NCBI GenBank assembly: GCA_965242995.1
Contig: CBDETP010000010.1
Span: forward strand, 60,458-124,457
Source: Coxiellales bacterium
GTDB lineage: Bacteria; Pseudomonadota; Gammaproteobacteria; CBDETP01
Direction: 5' to 3'
DNA length: 64,000 bases
Part shown: piece after piece, positions 20,909 through 30,706 of the stretch
Layout: each line of letters begins with the position of its first letter
Numbering within the stretch: position 1 is the stretch's first letter
Notes under the pieces: model-generated
Database searches by the model: none
The model's input: the letters and a program-made list of their open reading frames with translations, nothing else
What the model was told of the DNA's origin: nothing
Translations under genes and position numbers: made by a program

Positions 20909-22357
20909 TTAACCAACTGCGCCTTCAAGGCTAACTTCTAATAATTTTTGCGCTTCTACCGCAAACTCCATCGGCAACTCTTTGAAGACCGATTTACAAA
21001 ACCCATTCACGATCATGGATATCGCATCTTCTTCAGCAATGCCTCGTTGACGACAATAAAATAATTGATCATCGCCAATTTTCGACGTCGTCGCTTCATG
21101 CTCAACTTTTGCCGTTCTATTTTTCACTTCAATGTATGGAAACGTATGCGCACCACAAGTATCACCAATTAATAACGAATCGCACTGCGTATAATTTCTG
21201 GCGTTTTTTGCTGTTGGCGCTATTCGAACCAAACCACGATAACTGTTTTGACCACGACCGGCTGAAATACCTTTAGAAATAATCGTGCTTTTTGTGTTTT
21301 TTCCTAAATGAATCATTTTCGTGCCCGTATCAGCTTGCTGACAACGATGCGTTAAAGCAACCGAATAAAACTCACCAACAGAGTCATCACCTTTTAAAAT
21401 AACACTTGGGTATTTCCATGTAATGGCAGAGCCCGTTTCCACTTGCGTCCAAGAAATTTTTGCACGCGCACCCTGACACACCCCTCGCTTGGTGACAAAA
21501 TTATAAATGCCGCCCACGCCATTTTCATCGCCCGGATACCAATTTTGCACGGTGGCGTATTTAATTGTTGCATCAGTATGAGCAATCAGCTCGACCACCG
21601 CAGCATGCAGCTGATTTTCATCACGCATCGGTGCGGTGCATCCCTCTAAATAACTCACATGACTGCCCTCTTCTGCAATAATCAATGTCCGCTCAAATTG
21701 ACCGGTATTTTGTGCATTAATTCTAAAATACGTGGACAATTCCATGGGGCAACGCACACCTTTAGGGATATAAACAAAGGAGCCCTCACTAAATACCGCC
21801 GAATTTAATGCCGCATAAAAATTATCTCGATAAGGCACAACACTGCCTAAATACTTTTTAACCAACTCTGGATGATCTTGCAGTGCTTCTGATAATGGAC
21901 AAAAAATAACGCCGGCTTTGGCTAAACCCGCCTTAAAGGTTGTCGCAACCGACACGCTATCAAACACCGCATCAACGGCAATGCCCTGTAACATTTTTTG
22001 TTCATACAAAGGAATGCCTAATTTATTATAGGTTTCTAATAATTTTGGATCGACTTCATCTAAACTTTTTGGCGCATCATCCATGGATTTTGGTGCGGCA
22101 TAATAACTAATAGCGTCAAAATCAATGGGCTTATAATTTACATGCGCCCATTTTGGCGGCGTTAATGTTCGCCAGTGACGATAGGCTTCTAAGCGCCAGT
22201 CCAATAAAAATTGCGGCTCTTTTTTCCGAGCAGAAATGCGACGAATGACATCTTCATCCAACCCCGGCGCAAAGACTTCCATATCAATATCAGTTACAAA
22301 ACCATGCTCGTAGTTTTGATCTATCACTGATTTTACATAGGCATTTTGCTCACTCAT
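20909..22357 (-). CDS. sufB: Fe-S assembly protein SufB
   Basis: [31 protein letters not shown]. Confidence 0.97.
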   Translation of the reverse strand: MSEQNAYVKSVIDQNYEHGFVTDIDMEVFAPGLDEDVIRRISARKKEPQFLLDWRLEAYRHWRTLTPPKWAHVNYKPIDFDAISYYAAPKSMDDAPKSLDEVDPKLLETYNKLGIPLYEQKMLQGIAVDAVFDSVSVATTFKAGLAKAGVIFCPLSEALQDHPELVKKYLGSVVPYRDNFYAALNSAVFSEGSFVYIPKGVRCPMELSTYFRINAQNTGQFERTLIIAEEGSHVSYLEGCTAPMRDENQLHAAVVELIAHTDATIKYATVQNWYPGDENGVGGIYNFVTKRGVCQGARAKISWTQVETGSAITWKYPSVILKGDDSVGEFYSVALTHRCQQADTGTKMIHLGKNTKSTIISKGISAGRGQNSYRGLVRIAPTAKNARNYTQCDSLLIGDTCGAHTFPYIEVKNRTAKVEHEATTSKIGDDQLFYCRQRGIAEEDAISMIVNGFCKSVFKELPMEFAVEAQKLLEVSLEGAVG

Positions 22358-22802
22358 TAACAACCTCCTTCACACGACCATGCAGCACAATAGGCCGCTC
22401 ACTGCGCTTTAAAAAGTCTGCTAGTGAGTAGCCATTTAATACCGCCACCATTTTTTGATTAATTTCCTGCCAGCATTGCTGTGCACCACAACAGGTGCTT
22501 TTCTGACAACCGGCCAATTCTTGACTGCATTCTGTAATGGCCGGCTCACCATCAATAGCGGCAACCATTGTCGCCACCGTAATACTTTCTGGTGATTTGA
22601 CCAGGCAATAACCCCCGCTCGGACCACGAGAAGACTCTAATAATTCTTTTTCTAACAATAGTTTAAGTATTTTCCCCACCGTAGGAACAGAAATACCGGT
22701 TTGTTCAGAAAGCAAACGCGCACTACAGCATTGGCCAGATTTCCTGGCTAAGGCCTGCATAATAACTACCGCATAATCTGCTAACTTGCTGATTTTAAAC
22801 AT
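22350..22802 (-). CDS. SUF-associated Rrf2-family transcriptional regulator
   Basis: [19 protein letters not shown]-terminal Cys residues; first gene of the suf operon. Confidence 0.9.
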   Translation of the reverse strand: MFKISKLADYAVVIMQALARKSGQCCSARLLSEQTGISVPTVGKILKLLLEKELLESSRGPSGGYCLVKSPESITVATMVAAIDGEPAITECSQELAGCQKSTCCGAQQCWQEINQKMVAVLNGYSLADFLKRSERPIVLHGRVKEVVNE

Positions 22803-22834
22803 TAAACGCCTTATATGTCGCCAAGGTGGCTATA

Positions 22835-22853
22835 TAGTACTAAAGAAGTACTA
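22835..22853. promoter_or_regulatory. Palindromic operator upstream of suf operon
   Basis: TAGTACT-aaaga-AGTACTA perfect inverted repeat 32 bp upstream of the Rrf2 gene. Confidence 0.65.
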
Positions 22854-23404
22854 AATACACAATCATTATCGGTGTTTAATTTTTATTTTTCCCTTCACCC
22901 AGCTCATTGCAAGCAGGCGGGATACACTTATATCAATGATTGCGACCGTTAAAAATTCATCGTAGCTTTCTTATTTTAAGGATTCACTGATGCTGATGAT
23001 TCATCCTCATTACCTCCCTCAGTAGATACGCTACAGAGAGCTGGTGCTTGTTGGGCAACAAAAAAACCACTCCACAACAGGCTAAAGCAGTAAGCATCCA
23101 ACTCGAAACTGAAGACCCTGAATGTAATGCCCCCACTTAATCAAGCTAAATGGTATGCGGTGCAAATAACGTCATTTCGGCTTTCTATGCTTGTCTTTTT
23201 AGGTGTTTTTTGTGTGCGGCATAACTGCTTAAGTGCTTGATTTTCAGATTATGGCGTATAGATATAAGGCGACAGGAGCCGCCAGATATTTTTGACAGCC
23301 CATTTTTTTCAGCATGTTACAAGGTTTTCTAAGAAAACATAGGTTGGTTTAACTATACTTTAGCTATGGTGTTTTATTTTATATTGAGAATAAGCAGGGT
23401 TAAT

Positions 23405-25513
23405 ATGCCTAATAGCATTAAAAAGGTTTTATTTCTAATATTGATGGGCTCTCTCTTAGTTGCTTGTGGCAAAGATGGTGGCAAGGGAGGTGGCAAAGGG
23501 AGTGGGGGCATTACACCGGCAAGCAAAAGTTCTTTTTCACTTTCTGAAAGCACGCTTATATTATCGGCAGGAGTCGGGAAGGGATGCTTGGGTGACTTAG
23601 GCAGCCCTCCACAGAAAATCATAACATTACGCTATAATGGTTCAGCTCCATTACTTCCTATGTCCGATGGCAATGTGACTATTAGCGAAAATAGTAATGC
23701 GGCAAATGGAGGTTGTGGTAATAAGGTTTCTGGGGATTATAAACACTGTCAGTCATTGGTTGTTGACTATACTCCAACAAGTGCTAGCTTGGCAAAAACG
23801 AAAGAGGTGGCAAATTTTTTTAATAATGAATTAACGGTGACGGCTTATGTTCCAGGCAGGTTGTTTTATAATAGGAGTCAATATGCGTTTGTTCCGGAAA
23901 AAGCCAGTATAGAGCTATCAACAGTAACTTCCAATAAAGACTGTCAGTATAATAAGAATAATGTCAATGATATAAGTTTTTATTTTAATGATGATAATTC
24001 CGAAGTGTCATCTGACTCCTCTAACTTAGTTTGGTCGGACAGCGGTGAATCTGTTGTTCAGATTGATTTAAATTTAGGGGGAATGAAGACATTTGGAGAG
24101 GCTGAAGGAATGACTGCTAATTATCAATCAACTCCAAAGGATAGCAATAAACCATCTTCTGTTAAAAAAACACTTATTGGTGGAAGTTCTGCTTTTACAT
24201 ACAATGTTACACGCGCTTTTTTTATAATGACGGACAAGAATATTTATAAATTAAATCCTCGGGCCAGTAGTAAAAAGAAAGGAGATATTATTAGCTGTGC
24301 AGCTTCATCAGATAATAAAGGGGATGCTGACTGCACGACTTTTTCCGACAATTCTTCTGGTATTTTAAACAGCGCGGGAAAGAATGGTGCATATAATCTC
24401 TCTCAATTTATTATTAACCGCCCAGCTAACAAAGGCATTTCTTTGATTGATGCAAAGTCAATCGCAGTGCTAAAGAATAAAGAGCTGAATTCTATAGTTG
24501 TGAATATTAACAATGGTTCTGGTCTGCCAATAAATTTTCCCAATAAAACTTCTGTGGCTGTAGACTTTGATCAGAACATAACTTTATTGACAGCTACTGC
24601 AGATAAAAGTAATTCTAAAATTATCTATCAAGCTTTTATTAATAAAGAGGGTAGATGGAGTGGTCAGCCTACTGATTTAGTTGATTCAAGTGCTAAGTGT
24701 TCTGCGTCTCCGCTTTCTTCAAAGATAGTGTCTGTTTTATCTCCTGATCAGACAGATTCGATAATTTACTTGTTGAGAGAGATGGATCAATCGGGCAAGA
24801 CTGGCGGTAGCTTAGTGTGTGTATTTAAACTTACTTCGGATAAATTGGTTTATCAAGGATCAATGAGTGTGTTTAAGGATAGTAAAACATCAAAAAATAT
24901 TGATGAGGCTACAATGACTTTTGTTCAAGTGCCGGATAGTTCAGGTGGTAGTTCTCCGCAAGTTTTCACTATTGGATCAAATGGGCAGAGTTATGAAGGA
25001 AGTCTTTTGCCCCAAGGGGATTATTTTCCGGGATTATATTCTAATGATTTTTTGATGAACTCTATACCCAATTTTACTGTAAGTGCTCCTCTGTTATTAT
25101 CTGCATCTATAGGAGGTAATAAGCCAGGAGAACGGGTGTATTACGCGGTTACATACGCGGTTACAGCTGATCCGCCTTCTAGTAGTAGCTCTGATAAGTC
25201 TGCTCAGTATACCGTGTCTAAATATGATGAAAAAAATAAAACTACACAGAATGTTCTACTTCCTGTGGCTAAAGGTTCATCTATTATTGCGTTAGCGATT
25301 GATGCTGATACTGGATCAGTTCTGACGTATGAGGGTGTTTTTCACAACGATCCCCCTAAGGGAGGATCAACAAAAATTGATATTAAAAGTATAAACAAGA
25401 CAATAAAGTTATATCGAATAGATGATAGTAACCCCTCTAAACTTAATTATCTCACGCCAATAACCATTAATCCTGTAGAAGGTGAGGATCCAGTTAATGT
25501 GTATAATGGTTGA
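23405..25513 (+). CDS. Orphan lipoprotein, Ser/Asn/Gly-rich
   Basis: Signal peptide with lipobox LVA-C, Gly/Lys linker, about 700 aa; no family recognised. Confidence 0.75.
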   Translation: MPNSIKKVLFLILMGSLLVACGKDGGKGGGKGSGGITPASKSSFSLSESTLILSAGVGKGCLGDLGSPPQKIITLRYNGSAPLLPMSDGNVTISENSNAANGGCGNKVSGDYKHCQSLVVDYTPTSASLAKTKEVANFFNNELTVTAYVPGRLFYNRSQYAFVPEKASIELSTVTSNKDCQYNKNNVNDISFYFNDDNSEVSSDSSNLVWSDSGESVVQIDLNLGGMKTFGEAEGMTANYQSTPKDSNKPSSVKKTLIGGSSAFTYNVTRAFFIMTDKNIYKLNPRASSKKKGDIISCAASSDNKGDADCTTFSDNSSGILNSAGKNGAYNLSQFIINRPANKGISLIDAKSIAVLKNKELNSIVVNINNGSGLPINFPNKTSVAVDFDQNITLLTATADKSNSKIIYQAFINKEGRWSGQPTDLVDSSAKCSASPLSSKIVSVLSPDQTDSIIYLLREMDQSGKTGGSLVCVFKLTSDKLVYQGSMSVFKDSKTSKNIDEATMTFVQVPDSSGGSSPQVFTIGSNGQSYEGSLLPQGDYFPGLYSNDFLMNSIPNFTVSAPLLLSASIGGNKPGERVYYAVTYAVTADPPSSSSSDKSAQYTVSKYDEKNKTTQNVLLPVAKGSSIIALAIDADTGSVLTYEGVFHNDPPKGGSTKIDIKSINKTIKLYRIDDSNPSKLNYLTPITINPVEGEDPVNVYNG

Positions 25514-25600
25514 TATAAACATCAGCTCCATTCTGCAACAAAGCCATAACAACATCCAAAAAACCCGCTTGCGCTACCTGGTGTAAAAGCGGGGGACCAC
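25494..25600 (-). pseudogene. Single ankyrin-repeat gene fragment
   Basis: PLLHQVAQAGFLDVVMALLQNGADV matches ankyrin consensus; no plausible upstream gene body. Confidence 0.6.
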
Positions 25601-25845
25601 CAATCTCTCTTAAATAATTCATTGGCTTAAGCGTGAAATTAACAAGGAAAATGCCGTGACAAACTGTACCCGTGGGATCAATGAAGTTTTCATCAATCAA
25701 TCGAAAAAAAGTTGAGGGAAATTTCACGGGAGGCAGCATTACATCCGATGGTGGTTTGCTGCTGCTCGGGGTAGATAAACGCAGCGGTTTGAGCAAGCGG
25801 ATGAGTCAAGCCATTCACGTTATGTTGACCACTCCATTATTTGCC
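25600..25845 (+). mobile_element. IS1380-family transposase 5' remnant
   Basis: AAGGA-GTG start, VTNCT / FSSINRKKVEGNFTGGSITSDGGLLLL-VDKR / YVDHSI with frameshifts and deletion. Confidence 0.8.
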
Positions 25846-25883
25846 TATTAAAAACAACATCCCGCTATTCCATTTCCTATCAA

Positions 25884-26258
25884 TCACTGGCCATCTTTTG
25901 GTGGGGTGCCATATTTATTAGTCTTTGTCTGGCCTTTAATGCAGTAGAAAAAGATTAGTATCAACGCACCTATTAAAGGTAGAAGTAAAAATAATAAATT
26001 CCAAGCTGACCTATCTGTGTCATGGAGACGACGTGCCGATACGGCTAGACTAGGAATAAAAAACCCTAGTGCATAAATAATATGTAGAATAGACAGCAGA
26101 CTAAGCGCTTGCTCAGGAAGGTTGATAGGGTAGATATCAGGTAATCCCAAAACAAGTAAAACAACAAGGTTAAACAAAGTGAACAACCAAAATGCTTTAC
26201 GAGAACTTCTCCCTGAGAAGACCGCGTATTTTTTTAGTGCCAACAAATAATAATGCAT
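25884..26258 (-). CDS. DUF805 (YhaH-like) inner membrane protein
   Basis: KYAVFSGRSSR..FW, PSLAVSARRLHDTDRSAW, NKYG. Confidence 0.92.
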   Translation of the reverse strand: MHYYLLALKKYAVFSGRSSRKAFWLFTLFNLVVLLVLGLPDIYPINLPEQALSLLSILHIIYALGFFIPSLAVSARRLHDTDRSAWNLLFLLLPLIGALILIFFYCIKGQTKTNKYGTPPKDGQ

Positions 26259-26525
26259 ACTATTCCCCTTATAATTAGAAGGCATAAAATTTTTGTGAGT
26301 TATTATGCCCGCCTTGTTTTTTAAAATTGTACAAGGATAGTGCCAGAATTGTCAATAAGATTAGTTAACACAGACCAAAAAAATGCCCACTATTCTCGAT
26401 CACGCGGGGGTTTTTAGCTTGAGCCCTTAAGGTCATTTAGTTTTGTTCCCAAAAACTGCTCAATGTTTTTTATATGGACCGTAGCTACCCCCCCCTTTCT
26501 TGATGTAAAACATCTGTTTTAGAGG

Positions 26526-27587
26526 CTAAGGAAGGTGGGTTAGTATTTTCCAGCAAATCCACTCAATAGCGTATTGACGGGTTCGCACTCCACGGAAAGG
26601 GAATGTTTTCTTGATGAGTTGCTCACCTATTTGAAGCTTAAGTTCGACAAGTTTATCTGCTTTTAGTTGCCAATAAGTTTCCATGCCATTGACTTGTACG
26701 GTGCCATCAGAGCAAAATTGAACCGCGTGTTGTGTAAGTGGAGATAGCAAAGTGCTTTCGAGGAGTCCACTTGTGGCATTATCGTTAATGGTTAAGACTT
26801 GTTTTTGTTTTTGTAGTTTATGATAAAGTTGCTCGGAGGCTTTTTTTCGGTTTTCACTAACAAGGTTTGGGATAAGATGTGGTAAAAATTTTTCCATAGT
26901 TGAGGAAAAGGCATTTTTATTTTCTGCGAGTAACTTAACTTCAAGGTATGGGTATTCGATGCGATAGCCGATTTGCACGCTGGGCTCAAGGTGAGGTTCG
27001 AGCAGTTCGGCAGTCTGCCCTTCAGCAACCCCAAGTAATAGCCAGGATTTATGATAAATCTTGCTTGGATAGATTTCAGCAAGCTGCGGTAGTACTTTAT
27101 TCTCAAATAAAGGCAAGCATTCGCTAGGTGGGCCAGGCAGCATGAAAATAAGTTTCTCACCAGCCTTAATGAAAGCGCCATTGGCTGTGCCGTTTAGGTT
27201 GGTTAAAATTTCACTGTTTTCAGGGAATTGTGCTTGGACTTGTTTTGATTCGGTAGCGGGAAGTTTTAAGCGTCGGAGGCGGCTGCATATATGTTTCCAG
27301 CTTGTACTGGAAAAAACAAGCTTTCGTCCTAGCGCCTTGGCTATAGCAAAACGTGTTTTGTCGTCAGAGGTTGGGCCAAGTCCCCCTGTAGTGATTAATA
27401 TGTCATTATGTTGCAAAAGAAATAGAATGCTATTAGTTAGGGCTTCTTCATCATCTTTTACTACTAATTGTTGGTTTGGATAAAAATTTGCATTGAGCAG
27501 AGAGGTAGCCATGTGTTGGCAGTTGGTATTTAGGATATCACCGTTAACTAGCTCGTCGCCGGTTGCAAGAAAGCCTATGCGAGACAT
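26526..27587 (-). CDS. cinA: CinA-like (COG1058 molybdopterin-binding domain) protein with shortened C-terminus
   Basis: GDELVNGDILNTN, TTGGLGPTSDDKT, GTANG, LPGPPSE. Confidence 0.85.
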   Translation of the reverse strand: MSRIGFLATGDELVNGDILNTNCQHMATSLLNANFYPNQQLVVKDDEEALTNSILFLLQHNDILITTGGLGPTSDDKTRFAIAKALGRKLVFSSTSWKHICSRLRRLKLPATESKQVQAQFPENSEILTNLNGTANGAFIKAGEKLIFMLPGPPSECLPLFENKVLPQLAEIYPSKIYHKSWLLLGVAEGQTAELLEPHLEPSVQIGYRIEYPYLEVKLLAENKNAFSSTMEKFLPHLIPNLVSENRKKASEQLYHKLQKQKQVLTINDNATSGLLESTLLSPLTQHAVQFCSDGTVQVNGMETYWQLKADKLVELKLQIGEQLIKKTFPFRGVRTRQYAIEWICWKILTHLP

Positions 27588-27694
27588 TGTTTTTTGGCTC
27601 CATGCCGGCTAGTTACTAGCGCTTTTTTAGCGGAAGAGAGCTCCTGATTAGATGGCTTGAATTTCACAAGCTTTTCAATTGCAATAATTGTCAT
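27575..27694 (-). CDS. Putative 39-aa small protein coupled to cinA
   Basis: AAGGAGG-7nt-ATG; MTIIAIEKLVKFKPSNQELSSAKKALVTSRHGAKKQCLA; overlaps cinA start by 13 nt; TGtTAGAAT extended -10 upstream. Confidence 0.55.
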   Translation of the reverse strand: MTIIAIEKLVKFKPSNQELSSAKKALVTSRHGAKKQCLA

Positions 27695-27864
27695 TTGGCG
27701 GCCTCCTTGATGTTAGATCGTATTCTAACAGATCTTCATCAGTTTTGAAGAAATGAGCTCTTTGGAATGCTTGTTGATTTGGTTAGTTGTGATTATCAGG
27801 CTATAAATCGAATTCGGATTTATATTGAATCTTAAATTAATTAAAATTAATTAATAATTAATGG

Positions 27865-27991
27865 GGGAAAGTTGTGGTGGTGCTCCACTTGATGTAGTCA
27901 GGGCTTATGTGGAAAACCAACGAAAAACACCAAACTGGCTCAGCCTTATATCCTCCACCTTAAGGAGGAGGTTTTACAGCTTGCTGGATAA
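27865..27991 (+). mobile_element. IS200/IS605 tnpA 3' remnant with subterminal hairpin
   Basis: SCGGAPLDVVRAYVENQ (Y1 helix) then gccttatatCCTCCaCCTtaaGGaGGAGGttttacagc...ggataa. Confidence 0.8.
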
Positions 27992-28110
27992 CTGCCATTA
28001 CACAATGACAACGTCTCTAAATTTAACTGCTGCTGCACTTCTGCTGGCAAATAATCCTGAATGACCGCCTTCATCACACGAACATCAGACAGTGAGCGTC
28101 TAAAAAATGT
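27989..28110 (-). pseudogene. Diverged copy of the 5' part of the rpn gene at 29717-30706
   Basis: aaatttaactgctgctgcac..tggcaaataatcctgaatg.ccgccttcatcacacgaacatcagaca also at about 30556-30675. Confidence 0.85.
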
Positions 28111-28167
28111 GGGATTTTAAAATTTGTGAAATATACGGGTTATGCCTCAGTGCCATTGCTAACATTA

Positions 28168-29049
28168 TCATAAGTGTTGTTTTTTATTTTTCTCATCCAG
28201 AAGTTCAGAAAAACGCTGAAAATAAGCTGGACTAAGGTTGTCATTTAAACACCAAGCCCAGCATAAAATAGTTTTCACATAAAGCCAATCAGAAACGCGG
28301 TTGGGATTGGCGCCGAGTTGATCGGCACATGTGATAATCCGATGGTGAATCATCGATTGAGCTTGATTGTTTTCCAGCAGTTCAAATGGGTTATGAATAA
28401 AAGCACATACGTCGAAAATGGGGTCGCCGATAAAACCTTTAGGGTCAATGGCAAGCCATTGGTTCTGGTGTAGAAGGATATTATCATGGTGTAAATCACC
28501 ATGCAGTAATACCTTATTTTTAGTAGTCTCAATAAGTCGGTCGCGCTTTTCCCTTGCTTGAGTAAGTATCTTTTGAGGAATATTGAGATCATCATCTAAT
28601 GTTGTTAATAGCTTTTCAAGCGAGTAAGCGCCGAATGACTGGGGAATAGGAGCTTGATGCAGTCGTTTAAGCAGGTCGCATAAAATCGTGATTGATTGAT
28701 TATCTTGGCTCGGAAAATAACTTTTTAAGGCTGTTCCTGGCGTAGCTTTCTGCATAAAAATCATGCCTTGGCCAGCGTCAATTAATGTGACAGAACCGTA
28801 ATTGGAAAAATGTTTGAGGCAGATCGCTTCTTTGTTTAAGGCATTGTGATCGATACCAAGTTTTAGCACAACAGAATTTCCCTGTTGCAATGCGTGAGCG
28901 ACATAATTAAAACTCAAGTTGTCCATCGGCTGCAGTTCGGTTAATTGATAATGCTGACTAATACGCTTGATTTGGCTTGGCAGTTCATTTAACCATACTT
29001 TGCCTTTATCCCCATAAATGCTTACGGTGTTATTAATCAATGTTTTCAT
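28168..29049 (-). CDS. APH(6)/StrB-like aminoglycoside-hydroxyurea resistance kinase
   Basis: VVLKLG, LLHGDLHHDNIL, WLAIDPKGFIGDP. Confidence 0.85.
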   Translation of the reverse strand: MKTLINNTVSIYGDKGKVWLNELPSQIKRISQHYQLTELQPMDNLSFNYVAHALQQGNSVVLKLGIDHNALNKEAICLKHFSNYGSVTLIDAGQGMIFMQKATPGTALKSYFPSQDNQSITILCDLLKRLHQAPIPQSFGAYSLEKLLTTLDDDLNIPQKILTQAREKRDRLIETTKNKVLLHGDLHHDNILLHQNQWLAIDPKGFIGDPIFDVCAFIHNPFELLENNQAQSMIHHRIITCADQLGANPNRVSDWLYVKTILCWAWCLNDNLSPAYFQRFSELLDEKNKKQHL

Positions 29050-29276
29050 ATTCAACAGAAAATCTCTTTGCGCGAGGTTAATACTTCAACATAAAGCTGT
29101 TTTTCAGACATATTTAGATACCCATGGATATTAATTTTCTTCTCTGTGACATGCATCATTTTTTCCTGTTGTTTTTATTAGATATTCTAACATTACTACC
29201 AAAAACAGCTAATCACTTTATTATTGATTATCCTTTAATAAAAAAATTACATTTTTCAAAACATCAAACCTACAGC

Positions 29277-29678
29277 CTATGTTTTTTTACTAATCATGGT
29301 TCCTTGATGATAAACAATTTTCCACGAACCATTCTCTTTCTGCCAAATGGTACTTCGCTTAGTTAAACGTTTTTCTAATCCTTGTAATAACTGATAGGAG
29401 ACCAGATAAGTATTATTTGCTATTTCTTTACAAGCAAAGTCGCTCACCTCATAAAGATCATTACTTGAATAATTCGGGTTTTGATAACGCGTTACTACTG
29501 TACTCAGCACCTCTTCTCGTTTATAAATTTCACCAGATGCACCAACCTCCCAGAAATCATTCGTCATTATCGCGTCAATTTCATCTTTAGAAACGTTGGG
29601 ACTGAATCGATGAAAAATAGGCTCTTGTGATTTTAGTTCTTCAGTAATTTCTTTAATTTCAGCACTATCCATAACCAC
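29277..29678 (-). CDS. DUF4440/NTF2-like protein
   Basis: EPIFH, DFWEVGASG, RSTIW...W.IVYHQGT. Confidence 0.85.
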   Translation of the reverse strand: MVMDSAEIKEITEELKSQEPIFHRFSPNVSKDEIDAIMTNDFWEVGASGEIYKREEVLSTVVTRYQNPNYSSNDLYEVSDFACKEIANNTYLVSYQLLQGLEKRLTKRSTIWQKENGSWKIVYHQGTMISKKT

Positions 29679-29716
29679 CCTTTAAAGTTGCACCAAGCCC
29701 ATGATTTCATTAGAAC

Positions 29717-30706
29717 TTACTCAGTCGTTGAATGCATCAACTTTTGCACCTCTTCAACCGATAATCCTGCTAATTTGGCAATGGTGTTTACATCAACATT
29801 GTTTTTTTCCATATTGATGACCATATCCTTGATGGCCGCTTGATAGCCTTGCCGAACCCCTTGCTGCTTACCTTCATGCCTGCCCTGCCGAACTCCTTGC
29901 TGCTTACCTTCTTGCATGCCTTGCTGCATGCCTTGCTGCATACCTTGCTGTATCCATTGTTGTTTTGCAGTTGCCATTTTTTTTGTCTCCTTGTTGATGG
30001 TCTTGCTCATATGATCGATGAGCATATCAGGCTCGGACATTTCTAGCTGCTCTACGCTGAAGTGTAACATAGTTCTTATATGCGATTCACCACCAGCCTT
30101 GATAAGCTGCTCTGTAATTTTTTCCATGGAAATAAGCTCTGGTCTAAAGTCTTTGGTGCGCATGTGCTTGAGAATCATAAACGGCCAGGCCGTCCACAGA
30201 CTTTGAGCGATGTCTTGATTATGCATACTGGGCAAATCCACCAAATTAAACGGCTTAAGCCAAAATTCTCTTGCCAGCTCAGGACTTTCAAACATCTCAA
30301 ATAAATCCGTACTACCAGGATACGGTTTTTTGCCGTTATAAATTAAACTGGGAATCACCAGGGGAAGTTTTTCATGTCCTTGTTTCAAGTGCTGCTCCAT
30401 AATGCGGCAACTATAACTCAGCAGACGAAAAGGCATGTTAGCATCATAGGTTGATTGATGCTCCCACAATAAATAAACATAACCCGGCGCACCATTAACG
30501 CACTCAACACTGTATAAAATGTCTGACTGAGTTTGTTTAAACTGATCATCAATATAACTGCCATTGCATAATGATAGCGTTTCCAAATTTAACTGCTGCT
30601 GCACTCCTGTTGGCAAATAATCCTGAATGGCCGCCTTCATCACACGAACATCAGACAATGAACTTCTAAAAAAATGATCGTGCTTGTTAAAGATTTTGTC
30701 GTCCAC
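29717..30706 (-). CDS. Rpn/YhgA-family PD-(D/E)XK nuclease
   Basis: HD.FFR, SDILYSV, YLLWEHQS, PLVIP..YNG..PYP, 4-aa QQGM/QEGK repeats, C-terminal TIAKLAGLS. Confidence 0.93.
   Translation of the reverse strand: MDDKIFNKHDHFFRSSLSDVRVMKAAIQDYLPTGVQQQLNLETLSLCNGSYIDDQFKQTQSDILYSVECVNGAPGYVYLLWEHQSTYDANMPFRLLSYSCRIMEQHLKQGHEKLPLVIPSLIYNGKKPYPGSTDLFEMFESPELAREFWLKPFNLVDLPSMHNQDIAQSLWTAWPFMILKHMRTKDFRPELISMEKITEQLIKAGGESHIRTMLHFSVEQLEMSEPDMLIDHMSKTINKETKKMATAKQQWIQQGMQQGMQQGMQEGKQQGVRQGRHEGKQQGVRQGYQAAIKDMVINMEKNNVDVNTIAKLAGLSVEEVQKLMHSTTE

Noticed and set aside
22960-23145. Ser/Pro-rich broken frames resembling an effector C-terminal remnant
   Set aside because: Short, frameshifted, no start or homology evidence
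25494-25796. 100-aa minus-strand ORF as a real gene
   Set aside because: Chimera of antisense IS1380 relic and an ankyrin fragment
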